Below are positions 42,711 through 55,149 of a DNA stretch of 64,000 nucleotides, piece after piece. Position numbers and translations under genes: made by a program. Source of the stretch: Lama guanicoe. Its lineage: Eukaryota. Every line of letters starts with the position of its first letter. The stretch's first letter is position 1. The DNA is taken from assembly GCA_013239625.1 (NCBI GenBank), contig MU057344.1, forward strand, positions 3,744,976-3,808,975, given 5' to 3'. Below the pieces are notes generated by a model. The model saw only the letters and a program-made list of their open reading frames with translations. It had not been told where the DNA came from and made no database searches.

Positions 42711-45700
42711 CATTTCTGCATGTAAAGAGTAGAATAATTACTCTGTTAAGTTACTCTCCTAACTACGGGACAGGTCCTTGGGAGGGAGCGCTTGCCGCCA
42801 CACCTGACTGGCCGGTCTTCGGAGCCCAGGACGCGGCATCGAGCTTTCACAGCGGGGCGCAGGCAGCCAGCCTCTCCCACCACGCTGGACAGGCCGGGGT
42901 CGCCGGACCTCGCCAAGTCACTACAGGAGCAGACGCGGTGCGAAAGCACAACTATCTAAGGCAGGAAGAAAGTGCAGAGAAGGGACAGTGGCACACTGTA
43001 CCCATTACGGAGGGACTGCGACCAAGAGGAGCTGTGCCTGGGTCCGACCGAACCGAATCTATTAACAAAACCCCTTGGCTGAGGGACACCCCTGCTATCG
43101 TGTCAATCACCCAGAGAGCTGAATAAATGGAAGGAAGAACAGAGTTTACTTTTTAGGCTTAAGAAGCAGTTTATGGCCACGAAGTGGTGGTGGGGTCTTG
43201 CCGCCTCCGCTTTCTGCCAGGCTGGCCCCACGACCTCTTCCATAAACCGTAAACTGCCATTCTCAGCCCCAGCCTACAAATCCTCATAAGATGCTTCATC
43301 TTATGCTGCTTCAAAGTCGCTTTGTTCTGTTCAGTGCCTATTTTCCATCTCAGAATCTCTGCTGTAAAACCTGCAAAGGAAAAAGAACTCTCTTGACAGT
43401 TTTTTAATTTGAGGGAACTGGCGATGCAGCCTCTACCCAAAAAAAGCTTTCGGAAATACCCAAAAAGCCTGTACCTCATTAACCTGATTCTCAGCCGCAT
43501 GCACTGTCACTGCTAAATTTATCAAGTTAAAAATACTGCGAAGACCTCAGTGCTGGATGAAAGTCAATCACTTGCCGAATCCTGCCCCGAAGTAGTTCAC
43601 GTGTTATCCAACCGAGTCAGTGCTGACCTCCCCCCGGGTGACAAACCAGGCTCTAGAGCCGCTCTTTAAAGCACATCAAGTCCAAGTGGTGCACGGGTCT
43701 CACTGCCAATGCGAGGGCCTGCGTGGCTGGGGGAGGAGGGACACAGACCAACACCTTCCATCTCACCGTCCACAACGCCGGAGGCGCCACCAGCTGCTCT
43801 CCACCTGGTAGAGAGAGGACCTCGTGGCCCTCAGTGGTCATGAACGCTGGGTCCAATCCTGCTAAATGTAGTGACACAGAACTTTCCCTCAAAGAGCTGG
43901 GGACAGTCGCCTAAACCCAAGGCATACCCTCTCCGTTTTGCAATCCTACGTGGGGTTCACTTCGCTATGCAGTCTGGAGAACAAGTTTAGAATTGACTCG
44001 AGTCTCCAGACAGAGGAAGTGCATGCTGACATATGAGGACGAGGAACCAGCCGCCAAGGCTCCAGCAGCCACCCAGGCCAGTCTGCCCACAAGACCCCAG
44101 AGAGGGTCGAGGGTCAAGTCTGTCTAGTCCTCACACCAGCAGGGGCCATACCAGTCACCAACGAACCCGTAAACCTCTTTGGTATACATAATAATGAAAA
44201 AATTAATTAGGCCATGAAATCTAGAAATGAGTAATAGTCCGAGTTGGTAAAATGCTTTTTTGAACACACATTTCCAGTGTCTGGTACAGCGAATCACGTG
44301 CTGTCCTTTTTCTGTGTGACTCGTGCAGTACTGGTTTCATTTCTGCCATCTCTCACCTCAGTATTAAAAATGCTTGACATTGTTCTTCTAAGTCTTTACG
44401 ACACCCCTGTGAGGTAGGTGGTACTGACCCCCTTTGACAGAGCAGGGGGTCTAGGCACAGAAAGGTTTAGTGGCTCCTAGAAAGCCATGTGGCGCAGTGT
44501 GGCAGGACCGCGTGACAGCCTGGGGCTGACACCGCCTCAGAGTCATGCCCCACGGGGGCCACTGTGGAACGACAGCACGGAAGGGCTTCACGCTGACACC
44601 AAGTTCCTCTCTGGTCCAGAATCCAACAAGGGTCTCAAAGCTTACACGTCTGACGTGCAAAGCCAACCACTCTCCCCGAACCTGACAAAGTACTGACTAC
44701 ATCTCTATTTTTCTCATGAGTTGACTTGCTTAAATTTCGTGGTTGTGTATATACTCAAGCCCCTCTGGGAAAGACGGTTTGAAACGGCATTAGGGACGAT
44801 GGCATTTTGAGAACAGAACAGAGAAATCGATGGTTAATACGTTTAAGTTGAAACGCAAAAACACAAGCCATGGTAACATAAGAAGAAACCCCAGGTAGAC
44901 AGAGAGCAGCACTTCTCCATGTTTAACAGGGCCTTGCACAGAGCAGGCATCCAGGAGGCATTTCTTGGATAAAGAAGAAATGACACATCTGTGACATGCC
45001 TGTCACTGGGGACAGCCCCCTCCTAGTGGAGAGCAGGAGCCAGGGCCCCAGAGACGCCACGGGAGACCCCTGGCCTGGGGGACCCTGGTAACGCGCAGCC
45101 TCGGTCGAGTCATCTGGGGGCATCCACGCTGCCTTTCTGCCAAACTTTAAAAGGTGGGGCTCACACACCAACCAAGTCCCCTTTGAGTTCATACTGCTAT
45201 TTTAAAAAAATAGATCTGTAAATACGATGGGATCTATGAAGAGCCAAAGTGCCTTGTAAGGAAGTGTCTTTAAAATCGTATAGATGCTCATGCACTTAAG
45301 GAGAGAAAGGAGGTTGAAGCTGTGCTGTTTGTTTTTCGGTTAAAGTAAGGATTCTGAATGTGTCTCTAACGCTAAGAAGCACTGATGCCCGTGCACCCCT
45401 TCCTGCTGCAGGAGCCTCACACCGCTCCCAGGGGCCTGGTCACAGGTTAGCATGGCGGGTCTTGCGGGGCGGAGTGCGGCCTGGGCTCGCCCCGGGCGTG
45501 TCTGGAGGGCGCTGCTGAGTATTGCTGCTATTTCCTCCTTGTCCATCTCTCATCTCCGTCCTGCCTTGATGCAGCCCAAGAACAGGCTGCTCCAGGGTGG
45601 TGGGGAGGGGGGAGGGGGTCCTTTGGTCCTAAGGCCTTCTGACCACTTGGTCTTGAGTGAAATTCCAGAACAGTAACTGGTGACATAGAAAATGATTAAG

Positions 45701-45796
45701 AAAATCTACTCTGCAGAGTGGCCGACAGGAGGCAGCTCTGTCCAGGCCACGCAGAGTCAGGGGCCCCTCGGCCCCACCCGGACCGCCCCCGGCATG

Positions 45797-48700
45797 TCAT
45801 AGCTCCACCTTGACCCCCTTTATAAAAGGCAGGCCCGTGGGCACTCGCTTCTTATACTCCAGGTACTCCTCTCCAAAAAAGTGGATCAGTGAGATTTCCT
45901 CCTCTTCTGTCCGGTCGCGGAAGAATCGCCACACGGTCAGAGCGTAGCTCACGCCGCAGATGGGGTTACACAGCATGACCTGTCGGAGGAACACGAGGTT
46001 AGGGGGTCCAGGTCAGTGTGATTCGATTCCGTGAACTTTAGCGGCCTCTGTGGCTCTCCCACACGCACAGGGAAAGTGCCTGACAGACTCTCCAAATGCT
46101 ACCTCTGAGCGCCAGGGCCAGGGCGCCACTAACCAAAATCACATCATCACTTTCACAACAGAACTAAACATTCATCACCATTTCTTTTTTTTCCATATGC
46201 TTTTCTGTTGTTCTTCTTACCTGATACCTAAACATTAAAAAGAAAGATCAACCTCTTGGATTTCAACCCTCAGGTAGGGGTGACAGCAACTCCTCCCCCA
46301 CCTCAGTGTATGAATCCCCAATTCCATGCACCACCGCCTTCCCGAGGGGCTCCCAGCACATTCCTTCCTGTCCTGGCCACATACACCCTGACGCGCTCCC
46401 TCCAACCCCACAGCTGCCCGGCCCCCACAGGCTCCCCTGTACTCAACACACTGCTACCCAGCTGAGCTGCCCAAACCACTTCTTTCATCAGCTTGCGCCC
46501 CTGCTCCACCAAGGCCTAAACCACATCTCCCCAGGATGGCTTTGGAACCCGGGCAAGCAGCTCCTTGGCCCACTTCCTCTGCGCAGCTCAGGGAGCCCAC
46601 TGACCACAACCCCCCAACTCCGGTGGACCCTTTCGGGACGCATGTCTTCCCCAGGTGGGTGATTCCGCTGAGAGGGCCAGGCACATGCCCCTCCTTCTCA
46701 TTCTCACCAGTTTACTGAGCGCCTGTTGTGTTCCCAACACACGCCAAGCTCATCACGACCACCACCAAGCCATTCAACCCCCAGAGCAAGCCTGCGGGAG
46801 CACCGCTGTCCCCACTGAACTCATGAGGGGAGGGAGGCCAGTCGGTGAGTGTCAGAGCCAGGACGGGCCCAGCCAGTGACCCCAGAGCCTGAGCCGTCAC
46901 GGCTGGCAGACACGGGCAGTTTCCAGCGTGCCCTGTAGCGGGCTTTCCCAATCTCAGGCCACAACCTGTTACGGAGCCATGGAATCAATTCAGTGCACCA
47001 TAAACAGCTTTACAAATAACAGTAAGATAGAAAACAGAGTGCTGTGTACACAGTAAGGGTAAATGTCTGTTCCAGGAAAGATTTATTCCGTTTTTATACA
47101 AACGTGTGTGCTGGGTCATGGTGTAAAAAGATCTATGGTCCAAGAGGTATGAAAAACTCTTTAGTCCTAGAGCGCTGAGTTTATTAGTTAGCATTTACGG
47201 CAAATTACATGATTCAACTACAATCAGTTTGTTCCCAGGGAATGTGACTGCCAGTACGGGAGTCTTAAGTTTCAAAAATGCAAGTTTCAAAATAAATGCT
47301 GTGTAGTAACCTACCCCTACCATACCACTGGGGTCACTAGAGCGTCCCCAGGCACCATGAACCTCAGTGGGATGCCTGGGGGCCCAGAATGGATTTTCCC
47401 AAACAGGTGATGAGTCTTCTAAGCTCTATGCACATTCTCTGGCCAAGACCTTCTAGGACTAAGAGAACAGACTCCAGAGACAGTTGTCAAGAAACACGGC
47501 TCGATCTGCAGCCTGAGACAGAACAAGCCTCCTTCACTCATGTTCAGCCTGACACATGACCTTGACCTCATCAACAGCAGCTTCTAATGAAAACCAGCTA
47601 AGCTGCCTAGGGAGTGGCAGAGGGCCCTCACCCCACTGATCTGAGTAACTCAGATCCAGATCTAGGGTAAAGAGGCAGGAGAGAGGCACGACAGATGGAG
47701 TGACTGCACCCAGATTCACCAAGTGTTTACAAGTTTAGGACTCCCAGATCTTAAGTATACAGCAAAAAAAGAAAGTTAAGAACTAAATCAATTCTTTTGG
47801 CTTTAACACTGGAAACACGGCAGGGAACCCTTGTACCTCTTTAAGAGGACCAACAACTCTGTAAATACACTGAAACCCACTGAAGTGTACACTTGGAAAT
47901 GGTATGGGAATTATACGTCAATTGAAAACACATTTTAAAGAACTTTAAATGAGACCAGTATTGCATCTGATACTATACCTGGGTTCCGATGCTCCAGTAA
48001 AACCACCCAACATAGGAAGGATGCCGAAACCAAGCGTATACTCCGCTGGTCACCAGAGTGTGAGTTTCTGATTTTTCATTCTGCACCACGTGGTTGAAAT
48101 TGGAACCAGCTGTAAACATCGCTGCCTTCCTCAGACATTCTCCAAAGACCACCATCAGCAGCCCCGTGGTGCTGAGCCAGGTGATCTGCTTCAGCTCTGC
48201 CAGGGAGATGAGGTGACAAATGGGAAGTGAAGACCCCGGATTGTTGGGTTCCCCCTTTAGATGCTTAAAATGAACCAATTTTCCCAAATATAGGAACACT
48301 AGAAAACATGCTAGTGGGCAGCCAGCACTTGTCATCGCATTAAAATTTAACTATAAGCAAAACACACTCCCCTAAGTTGCGCTGTCCATCCATGTACTTT
48401 GAAGCTCCCAAAGCGCAGTCAGAGCCTCGTGGCAAAGAGCTGATGGGCTCTCAGTCCACATCGCCCTGCCACACGCTCCCACCCTGCCTTTGGGGACAAG
48501 GTCAGCTAAGTGAGGCAGAGGTGGAGCCAGCGTTTCCTGCCTTAGCCCTTTACCAAATCCTGGGAACTACATACACTTTCTTTAACTTGCTGTGGAAAGT
48601 TCGGTGTGAGGGTGGGTTCCAGATGCAGTGGTTTTTTGCTAATGAAATCTTCACAAGAACACAGAAAATGAATAGATCCAAATCTCCTGACTATAAAACT

Positions 48701-51226
48701 GGGATTAGTTTTATCAAAAGTTGGGGCTTCACGTTAGATGGTGCACTACGTTATTCAGGGCTTAAAGCGAAAGGTCAACGTGTCCTCCATTCAAAATCCA
48801 GAAGCAGAATTCACAAGCAGAGCCTGGCCGTTATAAAGAGCTTAGTGAGGACAGAGGTCTGGGGAAAGTCACTTGGGAGATTAGACCTGAGAAGTGCACC
48901 CACGTCACTGTCCTCAGGCACCCCGTGGGAGCCACCTGTCCCCCCGCCAGAAGGGTAAGTAGGGCACACTGACCTGGCCAAAAGATATTTTCGAGTGTGA
49001 ACTCTATCCAAGAAGAAAGGGCAGCTACTGTATACTCCAGACTGTGATTCAGGAGAAAGGAATCCAAGGACAGACTCTTGGGATTGTTGACTGCCGTGAC
49101 TAAGTATTCGGAATAGTGGAACAGTGACAGGGAGCACATGTACCTATTTAAAACCAAAACGGAAGAGAGGTAAGCTGGGGCAAGGGAACCAACTTAGCCA
49201 GAAGTCAAAGTACAGATTTGGTCTGAACTGTCCCTGAATTCTATGATGAGGTCCTGTTGTCACCTGTCTGAGAGTGGACATCAGGCACCCACATGTAGCA
49301 TCCATCACTCCTTGAGGTTTGCAGAAAGTGGGGTTTTAAAGGGACCACGTTTTTGCATGTCACAGGAGGGGGGAAAAAAACAACAACAACAAAAAAAAAA
49401 AAACATAGGCTAGGAAGGCATTATGGGCCTTCAGCCTTTTTTTAAAAAAAATGACACTACACACAGGAAAACATGAAAGAGGGAAATATCAAAATAAAGT
49501 AGTGATGTATGTCAAATACAAAAATTCAAAAAACTGAAATAATTCTGGCAAAGAAGGATTAGATGGCTCAGAGTACTGATAATAGGAGATAAAGCTTTTT
49601 ACCTTGAAGCCACTGGTTCATATCCAGGTCAGGGACTAGAAGGCTCAAGGGACTGAAATCATAGTGTAGGGAAAAATCCTACACTGGCCGTGGGGGATGC
49701 ACTAGATGTGACCTAATAGAAACGGAAAAGGCCTGTTGAAGACGAGCCAGAGCCTTGCCCCTTCCTGTCACTGAGGACCTGCACCCTCTTCTGGGAAGGG
49801 CTGGTCACATTACTCAATGGGCTGCAGCTGCAGAGCGCCTATGGGGAGGGTGCCAGGGAGACCTGTTTCCACCTGCAGCAGAAGGAACCAATGGGCACAA
49901 GCTGTCAAGGTCCGAGATGTGGGAATCTAGGTGGACGCTAGAGATCTCATTTCCTTAGAACCCTCAATAGCCCCCAGCCAGCCAGCCAGCCAGCCAGCCA
50001 GGGGTGCAGAAACATCCCTCCTGACCCTCTGATCCACCCACCCTCACCTCAAAACTATCATTTCCAAAGCACTCCTTACCAGCCAAAGTGATTCCAAGAA
50101 GACTGGCTAAAACTTAGCAGCACTCCACAGCCAAACACAAAGCCAAGGAAACAGGCTCGGATGGCTATCTGAAACGGACCCAAAAGAAGCTCAGTCACCT
50201 GGCTGTTCTCAGAGCACACATCCCACTTCCTGGGATAAGCAGGCCACTGGCAAGTACGGAGAGCCAATTTGCTCAGAGATTAACAGGGTGAAGCAGGACT
50301 GCCCGGGTTCCGACCCCAAGCCCGCCCCTCTCTGGCTCTGTGGCCTTTAGGAAGTTACTTAACCTCTCTGGACATCGGTTTCCCCATCTACACAACGGGG
50401 GTGGCCAACAGTACCCGCCTCGGAGGATTACCCACGTAAAACACTTAAGAGTAAGCGCTACATAAGTTGCAGCTACCATTACTTATGATTATTGTTATTC
50501 TGGGCTGTGGGAAAACTGCGTAAACCTAGCTTATTGGCCGGATTCTCTCAAGTCCACGCAGCGAATCGGGTCGGGGCACCCGGGATTCTGCGCCCAGCCC
50601 CCTGCACGTAACTGCGGGGCCTTTGACCTCAGACTTGACAGCAGGTAGTTCTCCACACCTTAAATTACATAAAAGAACTCGTGGGCCCGCTCACTCCCCG
50701 CCCCACGCGCATCAGCCGCACATGCTGAATCGCACCAACTGCAGTTTCCCACCCACTCTTCCAGGTAGAGGGGCCCCACGCCCCCCCCAAACTGGAGAGG
50801 AGGGGTTCCTCCTGCCACCTGAACTTGATGCTGCTCAAGAACACGGCCGGGGGAGGCAGCCCCTCTCGCGGGCCGGGCTCTCAGCCGACCCAGACCTCGA
50901 CACCCGGAAGACAGTGCCCACTCCCCGCCCCCGGCCCGCCGACCCTCGCCCTGACCCCCGCCCCGGCCCCGGTCCTCGCCCCGGCCCGGCCCGGCCCGAA
51001 CCTGGTAGCGCGGCGGCCGGTAGAGCAGCAGCAGCAGCGCGTTGAGCCCGGCCACGTAGAGCGCCAGCCCGGTACGGCCCTGCAGGCCGGCGCGCGTGAG
51101 CAGCGGCAGCGCGGGCGCCGAGGCCCCCAGCAGGAAGGTAGCGAGCACCGAGGCGCCCAGCAGGAAGGTGGCGAGGCTGAGGCGCGCCTCGGAGCCCGGC
51201 GGAGCCCGCGCCGCGCAGCCCGCCAT
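45797..51226 (-). CDS. ICMT: Protein-S-isoprenylcysteine O-methyltransferase, 294 aa; exons 51226-51002, 50168-50080, 49143-48974, 48196-47979, 45979-45797
   Basis: 225+89+170+218+183=885 nt, GT-AG. Starts MAGCAARAPPGSEARLSL, contains HTLVTSGVYAWFRHPSYVGWF and RTEEEEISL, ends GLPFIKGVKVEL. Confidence 0.98.
49555..49690 (+). mobile_element. Ancient tRNA-headed SINE relic, LF-SINE-like, in ICMT intron 2 (antisense to ICMT)
   Basis: GGATTAGATGGCTCAGAGTACTGATAATAGGAGATAAAGCTTTTTACCTTGAAGCCACTGGTTCATATCCAG has A/B-box-like ends and aligns by eye to the recalled LF-SINE 5' consensus. Confidence 0.55.
50330..50495. mobile_element. MIR SINE fragment in ICMT intron 1
   Basis: AAGTTACTTAACCTCTCTGGACATCGGTTTCCCCATCT core and ATT-rich tail. 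Confidence 0.8.
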
Positions 51227-51830
51227 GGCGCAGGGCGGCGGACGAGCAGGCGCTGGCGCCGGCTGTAGCCCGGGGAAACCCGCCCGCCGCGCCTGCGCAC
51301 TGCGCCGCCGACGCCGGCCGGGAAGGGCAGCCGCCCGGACCTGCGCGCCGCCCGCGAGCTCTCGCGATACTGCCGCGCGGCTGGGTTGGGGCCCGAATTT
51401 GGCGGGAGCGCCCCGCCCCGCGGCCCCGCCCTGCCGTCCCCAAGGGACACCTGACCCAGTCCGAGAGGCGAGCGGCAGGTGGCGGCCGGGGCCGCGGGGC
51501 GCCCGGGTCCTGGGCCGAGAAGTCGCCGCCGGCGTCTGCCAGGAGTCGGCCCCAAACTCCAGAATGTCCCTGTCCGGTGAAATCTGAAGGGACCCCGCCC
51601 TCGTCGGCCCCGTGCGGTCCTCCCAGAAACTGACACCTTTTGGCTCTCGGACTCGGGTGGGCGAGCCACCTCCATCCGACCTCGCCCCGCGGGGTCCTTG
51701 CGCAGGGACTGCCCGCCCCCGCAGGGTTTCGGAGTGCTCGCTGGGTGCCCAGGCTGCGGGGACACTGCCCTTGGGGCAGCCTGAAATCGCAGCACTGGCC
51801 CCCACGCAGCGAGATGACCACCCACTGCAG
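50550..51830. promoter_or_regulatory. CpG island / ICMT promoter
   Basis: CpG-dense, with GC boxes and NRF1-like GCCTGCGCA upstream of the ATG. Confidence 0.85.
51111..51170. repeat. 30-nt coding tandem duplication in ICMT exon 1
   Basis: GCGGGCGCCGAGGCCCCCAGCAGGAAGGTA / GCGAGCACCGAGGCGCCCAGCAGGAAGGTG, 26/30 identical. Confidence 0.95.
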
Positions 51831-52649
51831 TTCGTGTTGAGGGAGAATGTTGGCTTACGGTGGAAATGCTAAAAGGCAGAAATCAAAACTTTACAGGGGG
51901 ATCCTGACTTCACTTGGGAAAAACAAAAGTATATGTGTGAGCCTGGGAAAATGAAATAGAAGCCAAAATTATTTCACAGTGATAATCTTCAGGTGTTAGG
52001 ACTCTGGGTGGCTTTTATTGTGTTCTTTATATGCGTTTGTATTTTCCATATGGTCCACAATCAATATATACTACTTTTATATGATATTTACATCGTATAT
52101 GTATGTTATCCTTAGACACTGTTCCTTACTTTTTAAAAGCAGTAAATGCTTCCACTACCAGGTGCTCACAGAGGAATGAGGGAGGAGGAAGGCAAGTAAG
52201 CAGGTGACTAAAATAAACTGTAACAGGGTGGGAGGGAGGCAGGAGCCAAGTAGGGATACAGAGGAATGAGAGGGACCCAGGGAAAGGACTTGGATGGGAG
52301 GGTTAGGAGTCTGCATGGAAGAAATGCTGGAGCTAGGAGTTGGGGCCCTCAGGGACTGGCAGGCTGCTTGCCACTGGAAATGAGAGCAAGGGCGTCCACA
52401 GGGAGGGAGGGCATCGAGTTTGCAGACACAGAGGCAGAAGGAAGCATGCCTGAAGCTGAATAGGGGACAGGCCCTGAGGGAGGCTGGAACCGAGAGTGGT
52501 GGGTCAGAGAGCGATAAGGTCAGGTGGGCTGTGAGCTGCCGTCAGCCCAGCCCTGCATATGAGCCCCTGGCCACCCTACCCTCCTCTGTCCCTGCAGGAC
52601 CTGGCAGGAGGCCTGCTGTCTGGACAGTTGAGTTCAGGGAAGAATGGAG

Positions 52650-52790
52650 AGAGCCTGCCTCAGCAGCTTTGTGACCTGGGCAAATCAACTCTATGGGTCT
52701 CTCCGTCCTGTAAAATGGGGACCCTGATTTCACAGGCTCGTACTGATGATGCTGTGCAAGGCCAGCATCACATTTAAATGGTGCTCAGAA
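52650..52790. mobile_element. MIR SINE fragment
   Basis: TGTGACCTGGGCAAATCA...CTGTAAAATGGGG. Confidence 0.7.
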
Positions 52791-53626
52791 AACTTTTGAA
52801 CAAACTTGGTTAATGGGAGCTGAAAGGAGATTTAATGTTTTACAGTCCAAAGTCACCCAGTTGCAGTGGCATGTGGGAAGGAAGGTCTGGACTGTTTCCG
52901 GGGGCTGAGAGCCAGGGCTTCCTGCTACTGCCCCCCAGTTTCTACCGTCTGTCCCACTCAGGACCTCTCCCTCATCGCCAGAACACCTTAGGGCCACTAG
53001 AGGGTGCTCGCTGCATCTTCACTCCTGGGAGTGAGTCTGGTTCCGGGGCAGAGGGCTGCTCCCAGGAAGCTCCTTTTCTGGCCATTGGCCTCTACTCTCC
53101 ATGTTGACTTATGGTCCTGATTTACCCCACAGGGACAGTCCCTTGTTCTGGGGGAGGGGCACAGAGTAACATGTAATCCAGACTGGTGGGCAGGAGCTGC
53201 CCTCTCTCCTCTGCCCATCAAGTCTTCTTAGACCATACCTCTCCGTCAGTACCATCTTGGGGAGGGAGAAAAAAGGGGAGGCAACCCCCGCCCAGGTAGG
53301 GCCAGACCAGAGGGAAGGGGAATTTTTAGAAGTCACTGGAGTTGCTGAGTCTGTCAGGCCCAGAGTTCACAGAGCAGTGACGGAGGAGGAAGGCAAGTAG
53401 GCAAAAGTGTGCATGCACTGGCATAGACCCAGAGGAACAAAGTCACACAGAGATCCGGACAGGCGCACAGAAAAACAGTACTTCACACAGACTGAAAGAC
53501 AAACACAGAGACCTGCTTTCCCACCAGAGAGGAAAGCAATCTGATCAAACAAATCCACTCTGCACCAGTTCTCCAGTGTCACCCTAGCTTGTCATCCCCC
53601 AGGCTAAAGGAACAACAAACTTACAC

Positions 53627-53686
<60 letters not shown>

Positions 53687-53687
53687 A
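53627..53687. repeat. (GAAA)n microsatellite
   Basis: About 14 AAAG units. Confidence 0.95.
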
Positions 53688-55149
53688 AAATAACAAGAAA
53701 AATAACTCAGCCTGGGGATGCCTTGCTTGTCTTCTTTTTTGTACCCCCCCCAAATAAGCATTTGAATGTGTTTTGTTCTAGGAGCTGTGAGGCAAGCACA
53801 AAGGGGTCCCTTTCTCATGCAGGAAGATCCCTCTCTAGGGCCTCCCTGCCCCCATCCAGCCATCCACCCACCAGCTGAGGTGGCTTTCCATCCTGGGCCC
53901 AAGGGGGGATCCCACCTGTTTAAGAGCCCTCAGAATGATGTTAACTTTTCCAAGTTAAACTGCAGGCTGAGATGAAATTAGACTCCCTTTTCTGGAACAG
54001 GGTTTCTTTACTGAGCAAGAGGAAATGTAGGAAGGCGGGATGCTCAGAGCAAGTGGGAGGCAGGTGTAAGGCTGGGGTATTAACCAAACACCTCAACGCA
54101 CACCTGCTTCCGGGATGAACAGTCTGCCCCTGTCCTAGCCTGACCCCAAATAGGAAACAGTTCAGGAACTCTGCCTCTCCCTCCTCCCTGCAGGTGGGCC
54201 TCCAGTCGGGCATTGTTAGAGCGCCCTCCTGGGACTCCTTGTCACTCACAGGTCTGTGCCCCGTCCACTTCCCACGTAGAGGCTAGGAGGTACCTGCCCA
54301 GTGTGGCTGCAGCTTGCTCTAGTCCTCTAAAAGCCCAGCCCCCCCCCCCCCCCCCCGCCATTCCCAGCTCCAGGCATGAGAGCCCCCCTCTCTAGTCTGG
54401 TAAATGACGCATAATTTATGAGCATATCAGCCTGAAGTGCATAAGTCATATGTGCACAAAGGGGCCGGGTAAATATTTAAAGATTAGAGCCAGCTGGGGA
54501 GAAGCACAAAAGGCTGGGACAATGAGGGTCTCCCGGAATTCACTTTCTCTGTGCTGGGCCAGCCCGGTTCAGTGTTGATGCACTCACGGGAGTCCCAGGC
54601 TTTGTCCCCTGGAGGGCCCTTGGCTGCCGGGCTATTCGGAGTCCTAACACAGCTAAAGAGAGTTAAACAATCACTGCCTCTCCAGCCCCATCTGGAGACA
54701 ATTGGCTGAGTCATTTCAGTGCTTTTGCTGTGTCCCAATAGTTAATTACATGGAGCGATCACTTCATTCCATTTGGAAATGCATCTGTGCAGGGGGATAC
54801 ACATTTCTCCCTCCAGTCACTGCACTGGCAGTGGCCTTTGAAGCACTTAACAGTTAGTGTAGCTTTAAATGTCTGGGGCTGCGGGAAGGAAGGGGTTCCC
54901 ACCCAGGGCTGAGAGGCTGCATCTGGAACGTTCTTTCTTTTGCCAAAGTCAAGAAAACTAAATGGAGGAAGAGAAGACAAAGGCACAGGTAACTTTTGAC
55001 CTTAAATTCCCCAGCGTGAGAAAGCAATGGGTTTTGAGTAGTCTCCAGAGCTCTCCTGATTTATAGAAGGAATTATTCCGAATGAACAGAGGGCAGCCTC
55101 TGTCCCCCCAACGCTCTGCCTGTACTTGTGCTCCTTTCCAAGCCCCCTG

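Noticed and set aside
49243-49271. ATGATGA ... CTGA box C/D-like pair
   Set aside because: Spans under 30 nt and is antisense to the host gene
50660-51825. Long overlapping ORFs (300+ aa) over CpG islands; similarly 12725-13781, 29163-30113, 31842-32825, 63097-63999
   Set aside because: Stop-codon depletion in GC-rich DNA gives low-complexity Arg/Pro/Gly products; only the spliced exon portions are credible
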